Below are positions 37,907-47,373 of a stretch of DNA of 64,000 bases, one piece after another. The translations under genes and the position numbers were made by a program. The stretch spans positions 14,395-78,394 of the forward strand of contig JAQBQU010000017.1 of NCBI GenBank assembly GCA_028286865.1, written 5' to 3'. Origin of the DNA: Candidatus Kaiserbacteria bacterium. Lineage in GTDB: Bacteria > Patescibacteriota > Minisyncoccia > Phycocordibacterales > UBA2100. How positions within the stretch are numbered: the first letter of the stretch is position 1; each line of letters starts with the position of its first letter. The notes below the pieces were generated by a model. It was given only the letters and a program-made list of their open reading frames with translations. It was not told the origin of the DNA and did no database searches.

Positions 37907-39363
37907 CGTTTTACTACCTCGACTCCGGCGGCACCGTCCTTAATGTCGTAGCCCATTTCTGCGATCTTCGAACGCAGCTCATCTGCTTTTGCAAAATCTT
38001 TGTTCGATCGGGCCTCTTCTCTCTCGTCTATCAGAAGTGCGACGTCGCTCGGCACGTCGGCGATCTTGATCGTGTCTTTCACAAAAAGTTTCAATGTCTC
38101 CGGATCAGCGAGTCCGAGACCCAATATCTTGTCGGCGTCGCGGATCCCCGCAGCTATATCTTCTTTGGAAAGCGATTCATCTTTTGTCATCTCCCACAGG
38201 ACCGCAAGCGCTCCCGGTGTATCGAGGTCGTCATTCATGCGCTCAATAAAGCGGGTCTGATATGTTCCCGGGATCACACCGCCTTCTGCCGAAGCGAATG
38301 CGGCAAGTCGTGAGAGGGCAGTGGCCGATCCGGTCAGCGCTTCCCATGAGAAGTTCGACGACGTGCGGTAATGGGCTCCCAAGAATAGATAGCGGAGCGC
38401 CTGAGGCTGATATCCCTTTTCTACGATCTCGGAGAGATATACGACATTGCCGCCCGATTTGGCGATCTTTTTGCTCTCGATCTGTACGTGCGCGCGGTGC
38501 ATCCAAAAGCGGGAGAGCGGACGCTTGCCGGTCACGGCCTCGGACTGTGCGATCTCATTATTGTGATGCACGGGGATGTGTTCGATCCCGCCCGTATGAA
38601 TATCGATCTGCTCACCGAGCGTCTTGCGTATCATGGCCGAACACTCGATGTGCCACCCCGGGAATCCCTGGCCAAAAGGCGACGGCCATCCGAGCTTCTT
38701 GTCGAGCTTCCAGAGCGCAAAGTCCGAAGGATGGCGCTTGCCCTCGACGGTCGCTACACGCGCTCCCTCTTTGAGGCCTTCGAGGTCTATACCGCCAAGT
38801 GCTCCGTAATTGCCGAAACGCGTCGTATCGTAATACACGCCGTCGAGGGTTCGATAGGCATAGCCTTTTTGTTCGAGTGTCTCCACCATCGCGATCTGGG
38901 TCGAAATATAATCGCTCGCGCGCGGGAAATTGATCTTCGAAATATCGATGTTGAGCGTCTCAAGGTCCTTCTTGAAAATATCCGTGTACTCGTCCGCCAA
39001 AAGTCGCATATTCTCCAGCGTGAGTTTCATCTTCCGTTGCTTGAGGCCTTTGGTCATTTTGTCCTCACCTTCGTCGCCGTCAGAAACCAAATGGCCGACG
39101 TCGGTGATATTGATGACCTGCTTCACTTGGAAATTGTTGTACTCGAGCGTCTTGCGCAAAAGGTCCGCAAAGACGAACATCGAAAGATTACCGATATGCT
39201 GGCGTCCGTATACGGTCGGGCCGCAGTTGTACATACGTACGGAATTCGCGACCGGAGGCAATGTGAAAAGCTGCTTCTCTTTACTGAGCGTGTTGTAGAA
39301 ATAAACGGGCCTCTCAGACGATGCGTGCGAAGGTGAGGCCTTTTTCGAGAACGGCCACATCAT
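37903..39363 (-). CDS. cysS: cysteinyl-tRNA synthetase
   Basis: 486 aa with MYNCGPTVYGRQHIGN (HIGH region) and a KMSKS-like motif KIAKSGGN. It overlaps the leuS stop by 4 nt on the opposite strand. Confidence 0.9.
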   Translation of the reverse strand: MMWPFSKKASPSHASSERPVYFYNTLSKEKQLFTLPPVANSVRMYNCGPTVYGRQHIGNLSMFVFADLLRKTLEYNNFQVKQVINITDVGHLVSDGDEGEDKMTKGLKQRKMKLTLENMRLLADEYTDIFKKDLETLNIDISKINFPRASDYISTQIAMVETLEQKGYAYRTLDGVYYDTTRFGNYGALGGIDLEGLKEGARVATVEGKRHPSDFALWKLDKKLGWPSPFGQGFPGWHIECSAMIRKTLGEQIDIHTGGIEHIPVHHNNEIAQSEAVTGKRPLSRFWMHRAHVQIESKKIAKSGGNVVYLSEIVEKGYQPQALRYLFLGAHYRTSSNFSWEALTGSATALSRLAAFASAEGGVIPGTYQTRFIERMNDDLDTPGALAVLWEMTKDESLSKEDIAAGIRDADKILGLGLADPETLKLFVKDTIKIADVPSDVALLIDEREEARSNKDFAKADELRSKIAEMGYDIKDGAAGVEVVKR

Positions 39364-39451
39364 ACCCCGTCACACGATACTGATAAAAAAATATCGTCAA
39401 AAAACAAATCGTGCATTTCCGAAGTATATTCGCAATGTTTCGTGTGGGGGG

Positions 39452-40369
39452 TCATAACCACTTCTTCTTTTTGAAGTACATGAACATCAGGAAGGATGTG
39501 AATGCCATAACGCCGATAATGATCCAGAATCCGTATTTAAGGTTCTCGAACGGATTCTCTACGGTATTGATATCGAATATCGCAGCCAGGAGCGAAAGCG
39601 GGAAGGTCACGAACGCGAGAATGGTGAATACTTTCATGGTCTCGTTCTGCCGTGTGGTGAGGAGCGAATTATTCGTCTCCCTCAGTTCATGCAGGGATTC
39701 GGTATGGCGCATGATGTGATTGTGGACGCGGTAGTAATCGGCTGAGAGCCCGCGCAGATACGGCAGGAATTCTTCGCCGAAGAATTTAGTGCCGTCTTCC
39801 TCGAGCGAACGGAGGGACTCGCGATGCGGCTCAATGGTCTGGCGAAGATTCAAAAGGTCGCGCGCGCTGCGCGATATCGCTTCCACCATTTCGACTTGCT
39901 CGTGCGAGAAGATATGGTCTTCGATCTCGCTGAGGTCATGGCGAACGTATTCGACCTCGTGCTCGATCGCTTTGTAGAGCTTCTTGAGCATATAGAAGAA
40001 GAGAAATCCCGCATGGTCCCCGATGGGACCCTTTTCGAGCATCGTGTTGACCTCGAACACTTTCGAGAACTTATGGAGCGGATCGACCGTATCGTAATGG
40101 GTCGTGACAATGAAATCTTTACCGACAATGAAATCCACCTCTTGTTCGCGGGATTTGTGCGAGTGTCGAAGCGCGGGGAAGTGGAGTACGAGATATATAT
40201 AGGTAGGGCGGAACTCGGTGCGCGGCTTGGCGGAAGGAAGCAGCAGCTCTTCCGCGATCAAGGGCTCTATGGCGAACTCGGTGGCGACGGCACGCACCTC
40301 GTCGCGGGTCGGGGATTCGAGGTCGACCCACAAAAGCCCGTTGTGCTCGTGTCGTGATTGCATCGGCAT
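39452..40369 (-). CDS. CorA-family divalent cation transporter-like protein with non-canonical DIN in place of GMN
   Basis: 305 aa. CorA-like soluble domain plus two C-terminal TM helices. The loop FPLSLLAAIFDINTVENPF aligns to CorA's LPLTFIAGIYGMNFEYMPE. Confidence 0.65.
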   Translation of the reverse strand: MPMQSRHEHNGLLWVDLESPTRDEVRAVATEFAIEPLIAEELLLPSAKPRTEFRPTYIYLVLHFPALRHSHKSREQEVDFIVGKDFIVTTHYDTVDPLHKFSKVFEVNTMLEKGPIGDHAGFLFFYMLKKLYKAIEHEVEYVRHDLSEIEDHIFSHEQVEMVEAISRSARDLLNLRQTIEPHRESLRSLEEDGTKFFGEEFLPYLRGLSADYYRVHNHIMRHTESLHELRETNNSLLTTRQNETMKVFTILAFVTFPLSLLAAIFDINTVENPFENLKYGFWIIIGVMAFTSFLMFMYFKKKKWL

Positions 40370-40451
40370 ATTATACCTTGCTCCTCACATCGCGCATGCG
40401 CAGTGCGGTGATATTTGCAACACAACTTTCGCGTGCGATACTTCTGTGACT

Positions 40452-41723
40452 ATGCGTCCCAACAGCATCTCAACGACGGCGGCCTCGATCGGCGGCGCGG
40501 TACTCATCCTCATTTCGTTCGCCGGCGGCCTCGAACTCGGTACGCATCGCGCGGTCGCAGCAAGTGCCTCCGGTGCACCTGCAGGCGTGGATTTCTCTCC
40601 GGTCTGGAAATCGTGGGACTTGCTTAACAAGAATTTCGTACCCGCTGCGGTCGCGACATCGTCGCCTATCGCAACGACGACCGCCGCGCTTAATCAGCAG
40701 AAGGTATACGGCATGATCACCGGGCTCGCAGCATCGCTCAATGACCCGTACACATTCTTCTTCCCGCCGACGGAGAATAAGCAGTTCTCGTCGGACATGA
40801 GCGGCGTCTTCGAAGGTGTCGGCATGGAGATCGATGTGAAGGATCAAACGCTCGTCGTCGTGACTCCGCTCAAGGGTTCTCCGGCGGAGGCCGCCGGCAT
40901 CAAGGCGGGCGACCAGGTCCTGAAGATCAACGGCCAGGAGACGACCGGCATGGACGTCACGGCAGCGGTCAAGATCATCCGCGGTCCGAAGGGCTCGGTC
41001 GTCACGCTCACCATGATGCGCAGCGGTTGGACCGCGCCGAAAGAGATCAAAGTGACCCGCCAGGTGATCAATGTCCCCATCGTCGTCACTACAAAACGAC
41101 CGGACGGGGTATTTGTCATCTCGGTCTCGACCTTCACGTCCAATGCTCCCGATCTCTTCCGCGACGCATTGCGCGAATTCATTCAATCGGGCGATACCAA
41201 GCTCGTGCTCGACCTGCGCGGCAATCCGGGCGGCTACCTCGATGCGGCGGTTGATATCGCCAGCTGGTTCTTGCCTTCAGGCGCTATCGTCGTGACGGAA
41301 GATTATGCAGGACACCAGACCAATATCATTCATCGTTCGTCAGGCTATAACGTATTCAACAGCAATCTCAAAATGGTCATCCTGGTCAACAAAGGTTCAG
41401 CATCGGCATCAGAGATCCTTACGGATGCGCTTCGCTATTACAAGGTCGGCGTATCGGTCGGTACCAACACCTTCGGCAAAGGGGTGGTGCAGGAACTCTT
41501 CGATGTGACCCCGGAGACCTCGATCAAGATCACGGTCGCCCGATGGCTCGGTCCCGACGGTTTCCAAATACCGCACGCAGGACTGACTCCCGATGTGCAG
41601 CAGGATGTGACCGACGAGGATATCAAAGCAGGCAAGGACCCGCAGATGGCACGAGCCGTCCAGATACTCACGGGTGTCGCGCCGGTTTCGGCAACATCCA
41701 CTGCGACCTCCACACACCAATAG
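40452..41723 (+). CDS. carboxyl-terminal processing (tail-specific) protease, S41 family, with PDZ domain
   Basis: PDZ (GIKAGDQVLKINGQETTGMD) and S41 motifs (LVLDLRGNPGGYLDAAV; LVNKGSASASE). The start was trimmed to ATG 40452 after a TM/signal segment. Confidence 0.85.
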   Translation: MRPNSISTTAASIGGAVLILISFAGGLELGTHRAVAASASGAPAGVDFSPVWKSWDLLNKNFVPAAVATSSPIATTTAALNQQKVYGMITGLAASLNDPYTFFFPPTENKQFSSDMSGVFEGVGMEIDVKDQTLVVVTPLKGSPAEAAGIKAGDQVLKINGQETTGMDVTAAVKIIRGPKGSVVTLTMMRSGWTAPKEIKVTRQVINVPIVVTTKRPDGVFVISVSTFTSNAPDLFRDALREFIQSGDTKLVLDLRGNPGGYLDAAVDIASWFLPSGAIVVTEDYAGHQTNIIHRSSGYNVFNSNLKMVILVNKGSASASEILTDALRYYKVGVSVGTNTFGKGVVQELFDVTPETSIKITVARWLGPDGFQIPHAGLTPDVQQDVTDEDIKAGKDPQMARAVQILTGVAPVSATSTATSTHQ

Positions 41724-41730
41724 CGACCAC

Positions 41731-41768
41731 AAAAAGCGGGCGGCATCATGCCGCCCGCTTTTTTGTTT
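41731..41768 (+). terminator. rho-independent terminator (AGCGGGCGGCAT-C-ATGCCGCCCGCT + T7)
   Basis: 12-bp stem plus a U-tract after ctpA. Confidence 0.75.
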
Positions 41769-41797
41769 GGAAATCGATATGGGTGTAGGATGAATAG

Positions 41798-42241
41798 ATG
41801 AAAGTAATCATGCTTAAGGATGTGGGAAAGGTAGGGCAGCGCGGAAAGGTGATAGAAGTGAGCGACGGCTATGCGCTCAATTTCCTTATTCCTCAGGGAG
41901 CTGCGGAGCAGGCGACACCGGATAAGATCAAAGCATTCCAGGCTCGTGAGAAGGTAGAGAATGAGAATCGCGCGAAGGAGCAGGCAAAGCTCCAGGCCAC
42001 AGTGCAGAGTATGAATAATCAGAAGATCGAGATGAAAGCCCGCGCCACCGAAAAGGGCGGGCTCTTCAAGGCGATCACCGCCGGAGACATTGTGAAATCG
42101 ATCAAAGAGCAGAAAGGTGTGACGATCTCATCTGAGTCCGTGGAGCTTGAGAAGCCGCTCAAGCAGACCGGCGAGCATATATTGAAAATCCGCGCCGGAG
42201 GCGCGGAATCTCAGATCACTTTCGTGATAGCGGCGGCTTAA
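41798..42241 (+). CDS. rplI: 50S ribosomal protein L9
   Basis: [34 protein letters not shown] is a canonical L9 N-domain. Confidence 0.9.
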   Translation: MKVIMLKDVGKVGQRGKVIEVSDGYALNFLIPQGAAEQATPDKIKAFQAREKVENENRAKEQAKLQATVQSMNNQKIEMKARATEKGGLFKAITAGDIVKSIKEQKGVTISSESVELEKPLKQTGEHILKIRAGGAESQITFVIAAA

Positions 42242-42510
42242 ACGACGTGGACGATCTTGCGGGTGACCGAGCGGCCGTCGAAATTGGTCTTGCGCTTGGA
42301 TGCGAACTGAACCGTACCCGATGCGTATGAGAAAAGAGTGTGGTCCTTTCCGACGCCGACGTTCTTGCCTGCCATGATCGCAGTACCGCGCTGGCGGACG
42401 ATGATCTGGCCCGGCTTTACGATCTCGCCGTCAGAGAGCTTCACCCCCAAATACTTTGGATTTGAATCTCGTAGGTTTTTCGTTGTTCCTCCTGCTTTTG
42501 TATGTGCCAT
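42238..42510 (-). CDS. rpmA: 50S ribosomal protein L27
   Basis: [24 protein letters not shown]...IIVRQRGT...[12 protein letters not shown] is a canonical L27. Confidence 0.9.
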   Translation of the reverse strand: MAHTKAGGTTKNLRDSNPKYLGVKLSDGEIVKPGQIIVRQRGTAIMAGKNVGVGKDHTLFSYASGTVQFASKRKTNFDGRSVTRKIVHVV

Positions 42511-42592
42511 ATAAGATGATAGTTGTTATTTTTTTGGAATGGTAGGGCCTCGGAATGCGATATAGTACTGGTATACCGTCCGCTACCTACGT

Positions 42593-42961
42593 ATGCAGAC
42601 TATACAGAATATAGGGCAGAAAATCAAGCCCGTACTCGACCGGGGGATAGCCGAATGGGGCATTTTTGGCCTTATTTTGCTCGCTTCTGTGGCTTCCTTC
42701 GGCCTGGGCCGTTTATCTGCCCTAGAAGACGCACGGCCCGTCGTATCTGTCTCCCAGGCCTCAGCGGCCGCTCTGGCCATATCTGAGGCCCCCGGGGGCC
42801 TTTTGGAGGCATCGAAGACCGGTACCGTCTACTATTACCCCTGGTGCGCCGGGGCCGCCAAGATAAGCCCTCAAAATGCCCGATGGTTTGCCTCAGAAAA
42901 GGCCGCTCAGGCGGCAGGATTGCGCCCAGCTAAGAACTGCAAAGGTTTAGTGTCCTCCTGA
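42593..42961 (+). CDS. membrane-anchored protein with degenerate Ada-N (methylphosphotriester Zn-binding)-like motif
   Basis: TM helix, then VYYYPWCAGAAKISPQNARWFASEKAAQAAGLRPAKNC, resembling Ada N-domain (FY...C...C...N..F.....A..AGFRPCK.C) but retaining only 2 of the 4 Cys. Confidence 0.4.
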   Translation: MQTIQNIGQKIKPVLDRGIAEWGIFGLILLASVASFGLGRLSALEDARPVVSVSQASAAALAISEAPGGLLEASKTGTVYYYPWCAGAAKISPQNARWFASEKAAQAAGLRPAKNCKGLVSS

Positions 42962-42984
42962 ATATAGGCTACAATGCTCGCCAT

Positions 42985-43578
42985 ATGATCGTACTTGATG
43001 TTGAGGCTTCCGGAGTGGAGCCCACAAAGCACTCCATTGTCAGTATCGGGGCGCTTGATATCGCGAATCCGACGAACCGCTTTTATATGGAATGCCGCAT
43101 CTGGGATGGGGCGCACATCATGGACGGGGCGCTTGCGGTCAACGGCTTTACCAAATCTGAGATCACCGACAGATCAAAGCCGAGCGAAGCGGATCTCACT
43201 CATGCCTTCCGCACCTGGTCGGAGACCGTCGAGGAGCGCACGTTTGTGGGTCAGAACGTCTCATTCGATCGCGACTTTCTCAAAGAGGCGGCGACACGCG
43301 CAGGGCACACCGACTGGCCTTTTGCGCACCGCACCATCGACGTGCACACCCTCTGCTTTATGCACATGGTCCTCAAGGGCCTGCAGCCACCCGTGAAGAA
43401 TCATCGATCCGCTCTCAACCTCGATGCGGTCCTCAATTATTGCGGAATTCCCGAAGAGCCCTCGCCGCACAATGCACTCACCGGCGCACTCTCTCACGCG
43501 GAGGTCGCCGCGCGACTTTTGTATGGCCGCAAACTCCTTCCCGAATTCGAGCAGTTCGACATTCCGTGGAATAAATAA
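42985..43578 (+). CDS. DEDDh 3'-5' exonuclease (DnaQ/RNase T-like)
   Basis: Exo I (VLDVEASG), Exo II (GQNVSFDRDFL) and Exo III (HNALTGALSHAEVAARLL) motifs. Confidence 0.8.
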   Translation: MIVLDVEASGVEPTKHSIVSIGALDIANPTNRFYMECRIWDGAHIMDGALAVNGFTKSEITDRSKPSEADLTHAFRTWSETVEERTFVGQNVSFDRDFLKEAATRAGHTDWPFAHRTIDVHTLCFMHMVLKGLQPPVKNHRSALNLDAVLNYCGIPEEPSPHNALTGALSHAEVAARLLYGRKLLPEFEQFDIPWNK

Positions 43579-43583
43579 TCCCT

Positions 43584-44081
43584 ATGTCGCTTTTCAGGCG
43601 CGTGGGAATGTATCTTTCGTTCGCGCTGATCTACAAAGCGCACGCTGCACGATATCTTCTGGCAGCGATTCGCGGCGAAAAGGCGGAGGGCGTACGCGCT
43701 ATCATCATTGACGAGAACCGCGTGCTGCTGGTGCGCCACTGGTATGCGCCGTGGGCATGGACGCTCCTGGGTGGCGGCATTGCTCGCAATGAAGAGCCCG
43801 AAGAGGCTGCGATACGCGAAGCGCGCGAAGAGACGGGGCTTGTGCTGCGCACCATCGCCGGGAAGATCGGCATATATAAAGGAGTGGTGGGTAAGAACGA
43901 CAAAGTGCATGTGTTCTATACGAGAGATTTTGAAGGTTCGCTTGCAATGAAGCCAAATCTGGAGATCATGGCGCGCAGCTGGTTTGATATCGATAATTTA
44001 CCGCTCGAACTTTCTCCCGCCAATCGTCGGCGCATCGAAGCGTACCGATCAGGGCAGCGCAACGAATCAGGGAAGTGGTAA
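43584..44081 (+). CDS. NUDIX hydrolase (second copy in window)
   Basis: Nudix box GGGIARNEEPEEAAIREAREETGL. Confidence 0.8.
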   Translation: MSLFRRVGMYLSFALIYKAHAARYLLAAIRGEKAEGVRAIIIDENRVLLVRHWYAPWAWTLLGGGIARNEEPEEAAIREAREETGLVLRTIAGKIGIYKGVVGKNDKVHVFYTRDFEGSLAMKPNLEIMARSWFDIDNLPLELSPANRRRIEAYRSGQRNESGKW

Positions 44082-44082
44082 T

Positions 44083-44114
44083 AAAAAATTGCGGGCCGCA
44101 TCGCGGCCCGCAAA
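44083..44114. terminator. terminator hairpin (TTGCGGGCCGC-ATC-GCGGCCCGCAA), T-run on minus strand
   Basis: 11-bp GC stem with an A6 on the plus side, which equals a T6 tail for the minus-strand gene 44136..44528. Confidence 0.6.
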
Positions 44115-44135
44115 CAATATCGGGAATGATCGTGA

Positions 44136-44528
44136 CTATGCCGGCACGAGTTCGGGGGTGAGCGTGTAGCTCTCGTGACCGTAATCGACGGTCACCGGAC
44201 CGCGAGGGAAGTCGATGGTGAGGACGTTTCGGTGCAGGTGTCCGATCATCGAGTCGATGAAGTGCTTCGTGTCGCCGTACTGCGGATTCTTGAGCGCGCC
44301 GAGCACTTTTCCGGAGAAAATGATGACCGGATATTTGCGATCCTCTTTCGGACCCTTCCATGTCCAGTCGCTCGACATCCTCGTGCCTTGCGGTAGGGGA
44401 TGATCAGCCATGAACGACTTTGCGCGCGCTTCGGCCATGCTGCACGCCTGGCCGAGCTCTATTTTCCCGTTTATGGGGATAATGACTTTGAACACCACGA
44501 CGCCATCATCGGTCGGAACCCTCTTCAT
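44136..44528 (-). CDS. hypothetical protein (about 130 aa)
   Basis: GC3-biased. The start was set at MKRVPTDD...; the longer track ORF starts at 44594. Confidence 0.45.
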   Translation of the reverse strand: MKRVPTDDGVVVFKVIIPINGKIELGQACSMAEARAKSFMADHPLPQGTRMSSDWTWKGPKEDRKYPVIIFSGKVLGALKNPQYGDTKHFIDSMIGHLHRNVLTIDFPRGPVTVDYGHESYTLTPELVPA

Positions 44529-44613
44529 CGTTCTCTCCCTTCGGCACACCTGTGCCACTGACCAGATAATGCAATACCCAGTCCGAGCAGTCAATCGCTC
44601 AATAAGTGATAAA

Positions 44614-45063
44614 ATGAAGACTTACTACTTAGGGTCAATTTTTATGTTACCTATCAATTATGTGGCTGTTCTCGTGGCGGCAGTGATAGCATTTATCATC
44701 GGATTCTTAATGCACGGACCGGTGGCAGGGAAGCTCTGGATGCGCCTTGCTGATGTGCACCCGACGGGCAATGAGAAGTTCTCGGACATGATCCCGCAGA
44801 TGATCTGGAATATCATCGTTAATATCGTGACGGCGTACGCACTCGCCGCCGTCATTGTGCTCACGACCGGTTCTCAATATCTGACCGGCTCGCTCCTGCA
44901 TGACGCGATCGCGGTCTCGCTCATTATCTGGGCGGGATTCTTGCTTACCTCTACATCTATCAACGTCATCTGGATGAAGGCATCATTCAAGCTCTGGCTT
45001 TTCGAAGCATTCTCGAGCCTCATCGTGATGCTCGCCATGGGTGCGACCATCGCACTGATGTAA
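44614..45063 (+). CDS. DUF1761-family membrane protein
   Basis: MLPINYVAVLVAAVIAFIIGFLMHGPVAGKLWMRL matches the DUF1761 N-terminal signature (INxLAVLVAAVASFVIGFLWYGPLFGKxWM). The start is either 44614 or 44644. Confidence 0.55.
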   Translation: MKTYYLGSIFMLPINYVAVLVAAVIAFIIGFLMHGPVAGKLWMRLADVHPTGNEKFSDMIPQMIWNIIVNIVTAYALAAVIVLTTGSQYLTGSLLHDAIAVSLIIWAGFLLTSTSINVIWMKASFKLWLFEAFSSLIVMLAMGATIALM

Positions 45064-45073
45064 GCATTTGATC

Positions 45074-45112
45074 AAGAAGCGGCCGTGCTACGTGCGCGGC
45101 CGCTTCTTTTAT
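45074..45112 (+). terminator. rho-independent terminator (AAGAAGCGGCCG-loop-CGGCCGCTTCTT + TTTT)
   Basis: 12-bp stem plus a U-tract after the DUF1761 gene. Confidence 0.7.
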
Positions 45113-45433
45113 TGACATCATCGCCCATCGCGGGCATTCTAGGCCGAGCTCGCTTTAAGGAGAATTGGAATTGAATTACGCGCTGCTCGCTTACGCCCTC
45201 GCCGCCGTCGTCCTATTAGGGACCGCTTTCTGCACCCGTCAGGATACCGACCCATCGAAGCCGCTTCCTCCCAAGTATGCGGCCACTCAACACTGAGCCT
45301 TGTAGGGCTCCTGCGATCGCGCTTCACGGCGCGGTCGTTTTCTTTTATTGACACTCTTTTAAACAGGTACATGCTTACGGTAGGGAGGACAATATCGTCC
45401 TGAAGCGACATTGAAAGAAGAAGAGAGGGAACA

Positions 45434-45676
45434 ATGCTATTGATGATCGTTGGAGGTGCCATCGCAATCGGTCTGGCATATTACATCCTACCGAAGAAGC
45501 GGCCAGATTTTCTACCACCTGATCAGCGAGTAGCGTTCGTGTGCCTGGTCGTGGCGGCTTGCAGCTTTCCCTTGATCGGGGTCGGTGCCGCATCTTCTAA
45601 ATCTCTGCAATGCACAAGTAAGGCCCAGGGCCTTGCGATCATTGTTTCGAATCCGTTCATGGCGTGCAAAAAATAA
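45434..45676 (+). CDS. small membrane protein (80 aa)
   Basis: SD AGAGGG-N5-ATG with two hydrophobic segments. The overlapping minus ORF 45139..45462 was judged spurious. Confidence 0.45.
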   Translation: MLLMIVGGAIAIGLAYYILPKKRPDFLPPDQRVAFVCLVVAACSFPLIGVGAASSKSLQCTSKAQGLAIIVSNPFMACKK

Positions 45677-45745
45677 CGATCCGTATCAGACGGACGAAGA
45701 ATAAAAGAGGCGGTTCACAACCGCCTTTTGCTATATAATTAACGA

Positions 45746-46339
45746 ATGGACCACTTCCTTATCTGGTGCGGGGTTCTTGTAGCACCTGTTTTTATCTCCA
45801 TCTTTCTTATAGAGGGATATCTGCGCAAAGGATATCTGCCGCTTCGGCAGCCGGTCAGTGCGCTTGCGATCGGTCCGCGCGGATGGATACAGCGTGCCAA
45901 CTTTTTTATCACCGGTGCTCTGGCCCTTTTGTACGCGTTCAGTCTGCAGGGATGGGGATCGATACTCACGATCATCTTCGGTGCGGGCCTCGTGGGGGCA
46001 GGTGTTTTCGTGACGGATGTCACCGGATCGCCCAAGCAGGATAGCGGCCCGGTGATCAGGAGCAGGGCCGGCCTCCTTCACGATATATTTTCTCTCCCGG
46101 TTTTTATGGCCCTCTTGGTGAACTGCTTCGTGTTCGCGCAGGGCTTTAGTGCGTCGGGCGAAGACGCGTGGACCGTCTATTCAAGACTGTCCGGCATTCT
46201 GCTCGCGGTCTTTTTCGTATTCGCCGGAGTAGGTTTTTCGGGCTCGCCTAAATTCGCGCATATAGGCGGCCTTATGCAGCGCTTGTCTATCTCAATAGGG
46301 TGGATATGGCTTTCGGTGGTGGCACTGCACCTTCTCTAG
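45746..46339 (+). CDS. polytopic membrane protein (197 aa, about 6 TM; DUF998-like)
   Basis: Hydrophobicity pattern and length. GC3-biased. Confidence 0.5.
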   Translation: MDHFLIWCGVLVAPVFISIFLIEGYLRKGYLPLRQPVSALAIGPRGWIQRANFFITGALALLYAFSLQGWGSILTIIFGAGLVGAGVFVTDVTGSPKQDSGPVIRSRAGLLHDIFSLPVFMALLVNCFVFAQGFSASGEDAWTVYSRLSGILLAVFFVFAGVGFSGSPKFAHIGGLMQRLSISIGWIWLSVVALHLL

Positions 46340-46359
46340 GGGGTATATACTTCATCTAT

Positions 46360-46530
46360 ATGAATACAAAGACCACGTATATCGTTATCGGCACTATTAT
46401 TTTTTTTGCAGTTATCACGGTCGCGATGAAGATGTATTCCGATAGGCGGCAGGGGACGGAGAAGCTTTCCGCAGAGCAGGTCGTGGATCTTGAAGTGCAG
46501 GCAGATGTGCAGAACGGAGGAGGTCGTTGA
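46360..46530 (+). CDS. small single-TM protein alpha-1 (56 aa), paralog of 47851..48033
   Basis: MNTKTTYIVIGTIIFFAVITVAMKMYSDRRQGTEKLSAEQVVDLEVQADVQNGGGR. The ATG lies 9 nt after TATACT within the conserved box ATATACTTCAT-NN-ATATGAATACA shared with the paralog. The conserved C-terminus is RQGTE.L.AEQVV.LEVQAD.QN. Confidence 0.55.
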   Translation: MNTKTTYIVIGTIIFFAVITVAMKMYSDRRQGTEKLSAEQVVDLEVQADVQNGGGR

Positions 46531-46586
46531 CCCTCTTCTTCATCGATGGCATAGTTTCGCCAGCTATCTCAAGGGAGGACCTACCG

Positions 46587-46910
46587 ATGGCGTTTTTTTC
46601 GAACGACAGTGAGATGATGCACGGACCGTATCAGGGAATCGCGAAGTCGTTTTTGTGCGTCGTCTTCCTGCTGCTGTTCTACAAGTTCTGCCTCGCAGTC
46701 GGAATATTCCCGAGGACCTTGCCGGTGCCGCCGGTCGCGTACCACTGGTGGGTCATCGACGTTCTGACCTTCTTCTCGGCGGTGTTCTGGCTCCTTCATG
46801 GCGCCAAGACCCACAATCACAACGATGAATGGGAGCAGGCGCTTTTGTTCGGGATCGTTCTGGTCGTTGTCTGTCTGGTCATCACGATCGGTCAGGTCAT
46901 CTTCGGCTGA
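46587..46910 (+). CDS. small membrane protein beta-1 (107 aa), tandem paralog of 46939..47250
   Basis: Strong SD GGGAGGA-N6-ATG with 3 TM segments. Shared motifs with beta-2 are GIFPRTLPVPPVA / GLFPPSSPVPFVA. Confidence 0.55.
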   Translation: MAFFSNDSEMMHGPYQGIAKSFLCVVFLLLFYKFCLAVGIFPRTLPVPPVAYHWWVIDVLTFFSAVFWLLHGAKTHNHNDEWEQALLFGIVLVVVCLVITIGQVIFG

Positions 46911-46938
46911 TCATCACGCACCTCTGGGAGGAGACACC

Positions 46939-47250
46939 ATGGCTATTCGCTTCGCGTATAGCGGGATGACGGAATCGGTCCAGGTGCTTGCGAAACTGCT
47001 CACCGGACTCATCTTCCTTCTTTTGCTCCACAAGCTGTGGATACGCATCGGATTGTTCCCGCCAAGCTCACCGGTGCCGTTCGTCGCGCAACACCTCGGC
47101 TATATCGCCGTATTGTCGTTCTGCGCGACGCTGTGCTGGTTCCATTACGCGCTTCTGACCGACGACGCTCAGTGGGAGGACGGCCGACTGCTCGGCTTCA
47201 TCATGCTGGGTGTCACCGTTCTGCTCACCTATCTCCAGTTCTTTGCCTGA
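46939..47250 (+). CDS. small membrane protein beta-2 (103 aa)
   Basis: Strong SD GGGAGGAGACACC-ATG. It is a paralog of beta-1. A terminator follows. Confidence 0.55.
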   Translation: MAIRFAYSGMTESVQVLAKLLTGLIFLLLLHKLWIRIGLFPPSSPVPFVAQHLGYIAVLSFCATLCWFHYALLTDDAQWEDGRLLGFIMLGVTVLLTYLQFFA

Positions 47251-47263
47251 GCGCATCTGTCTG

Positions 47264-47308
47264 AAAAACGGCCGCTTCTCGAAAGGGAAGCGGCCGTAAT
47301 CTTTTTTT
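47264..47308 (+). terminator. rho-independent terminator (GGCCGCTTC-loop-GAAGCGGCC + T7)
   Basis: 9-bp stem plus a U-tract. Confidence 0.7.
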
Positions 47309-47373
47309 CGTTGACACCTTGGCAGGACAACGAGATAGTTGAGACAGTCACAACCATTCGGGGGAGAATTGTC

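Noticed and set aside
45139-45462. 107-aa minus-strand ORF.
   Set aside because: It overlaps an SD-supported small membrane protein gene on the plus strand and a terminator. The sequence is Arg-rich, typical of a spurious GC-frame ORF. A possible 41-codon TTG-initiated peptide with AAGGAG SD at about 45171..45296 on the plus strand was noted but is too short to call.
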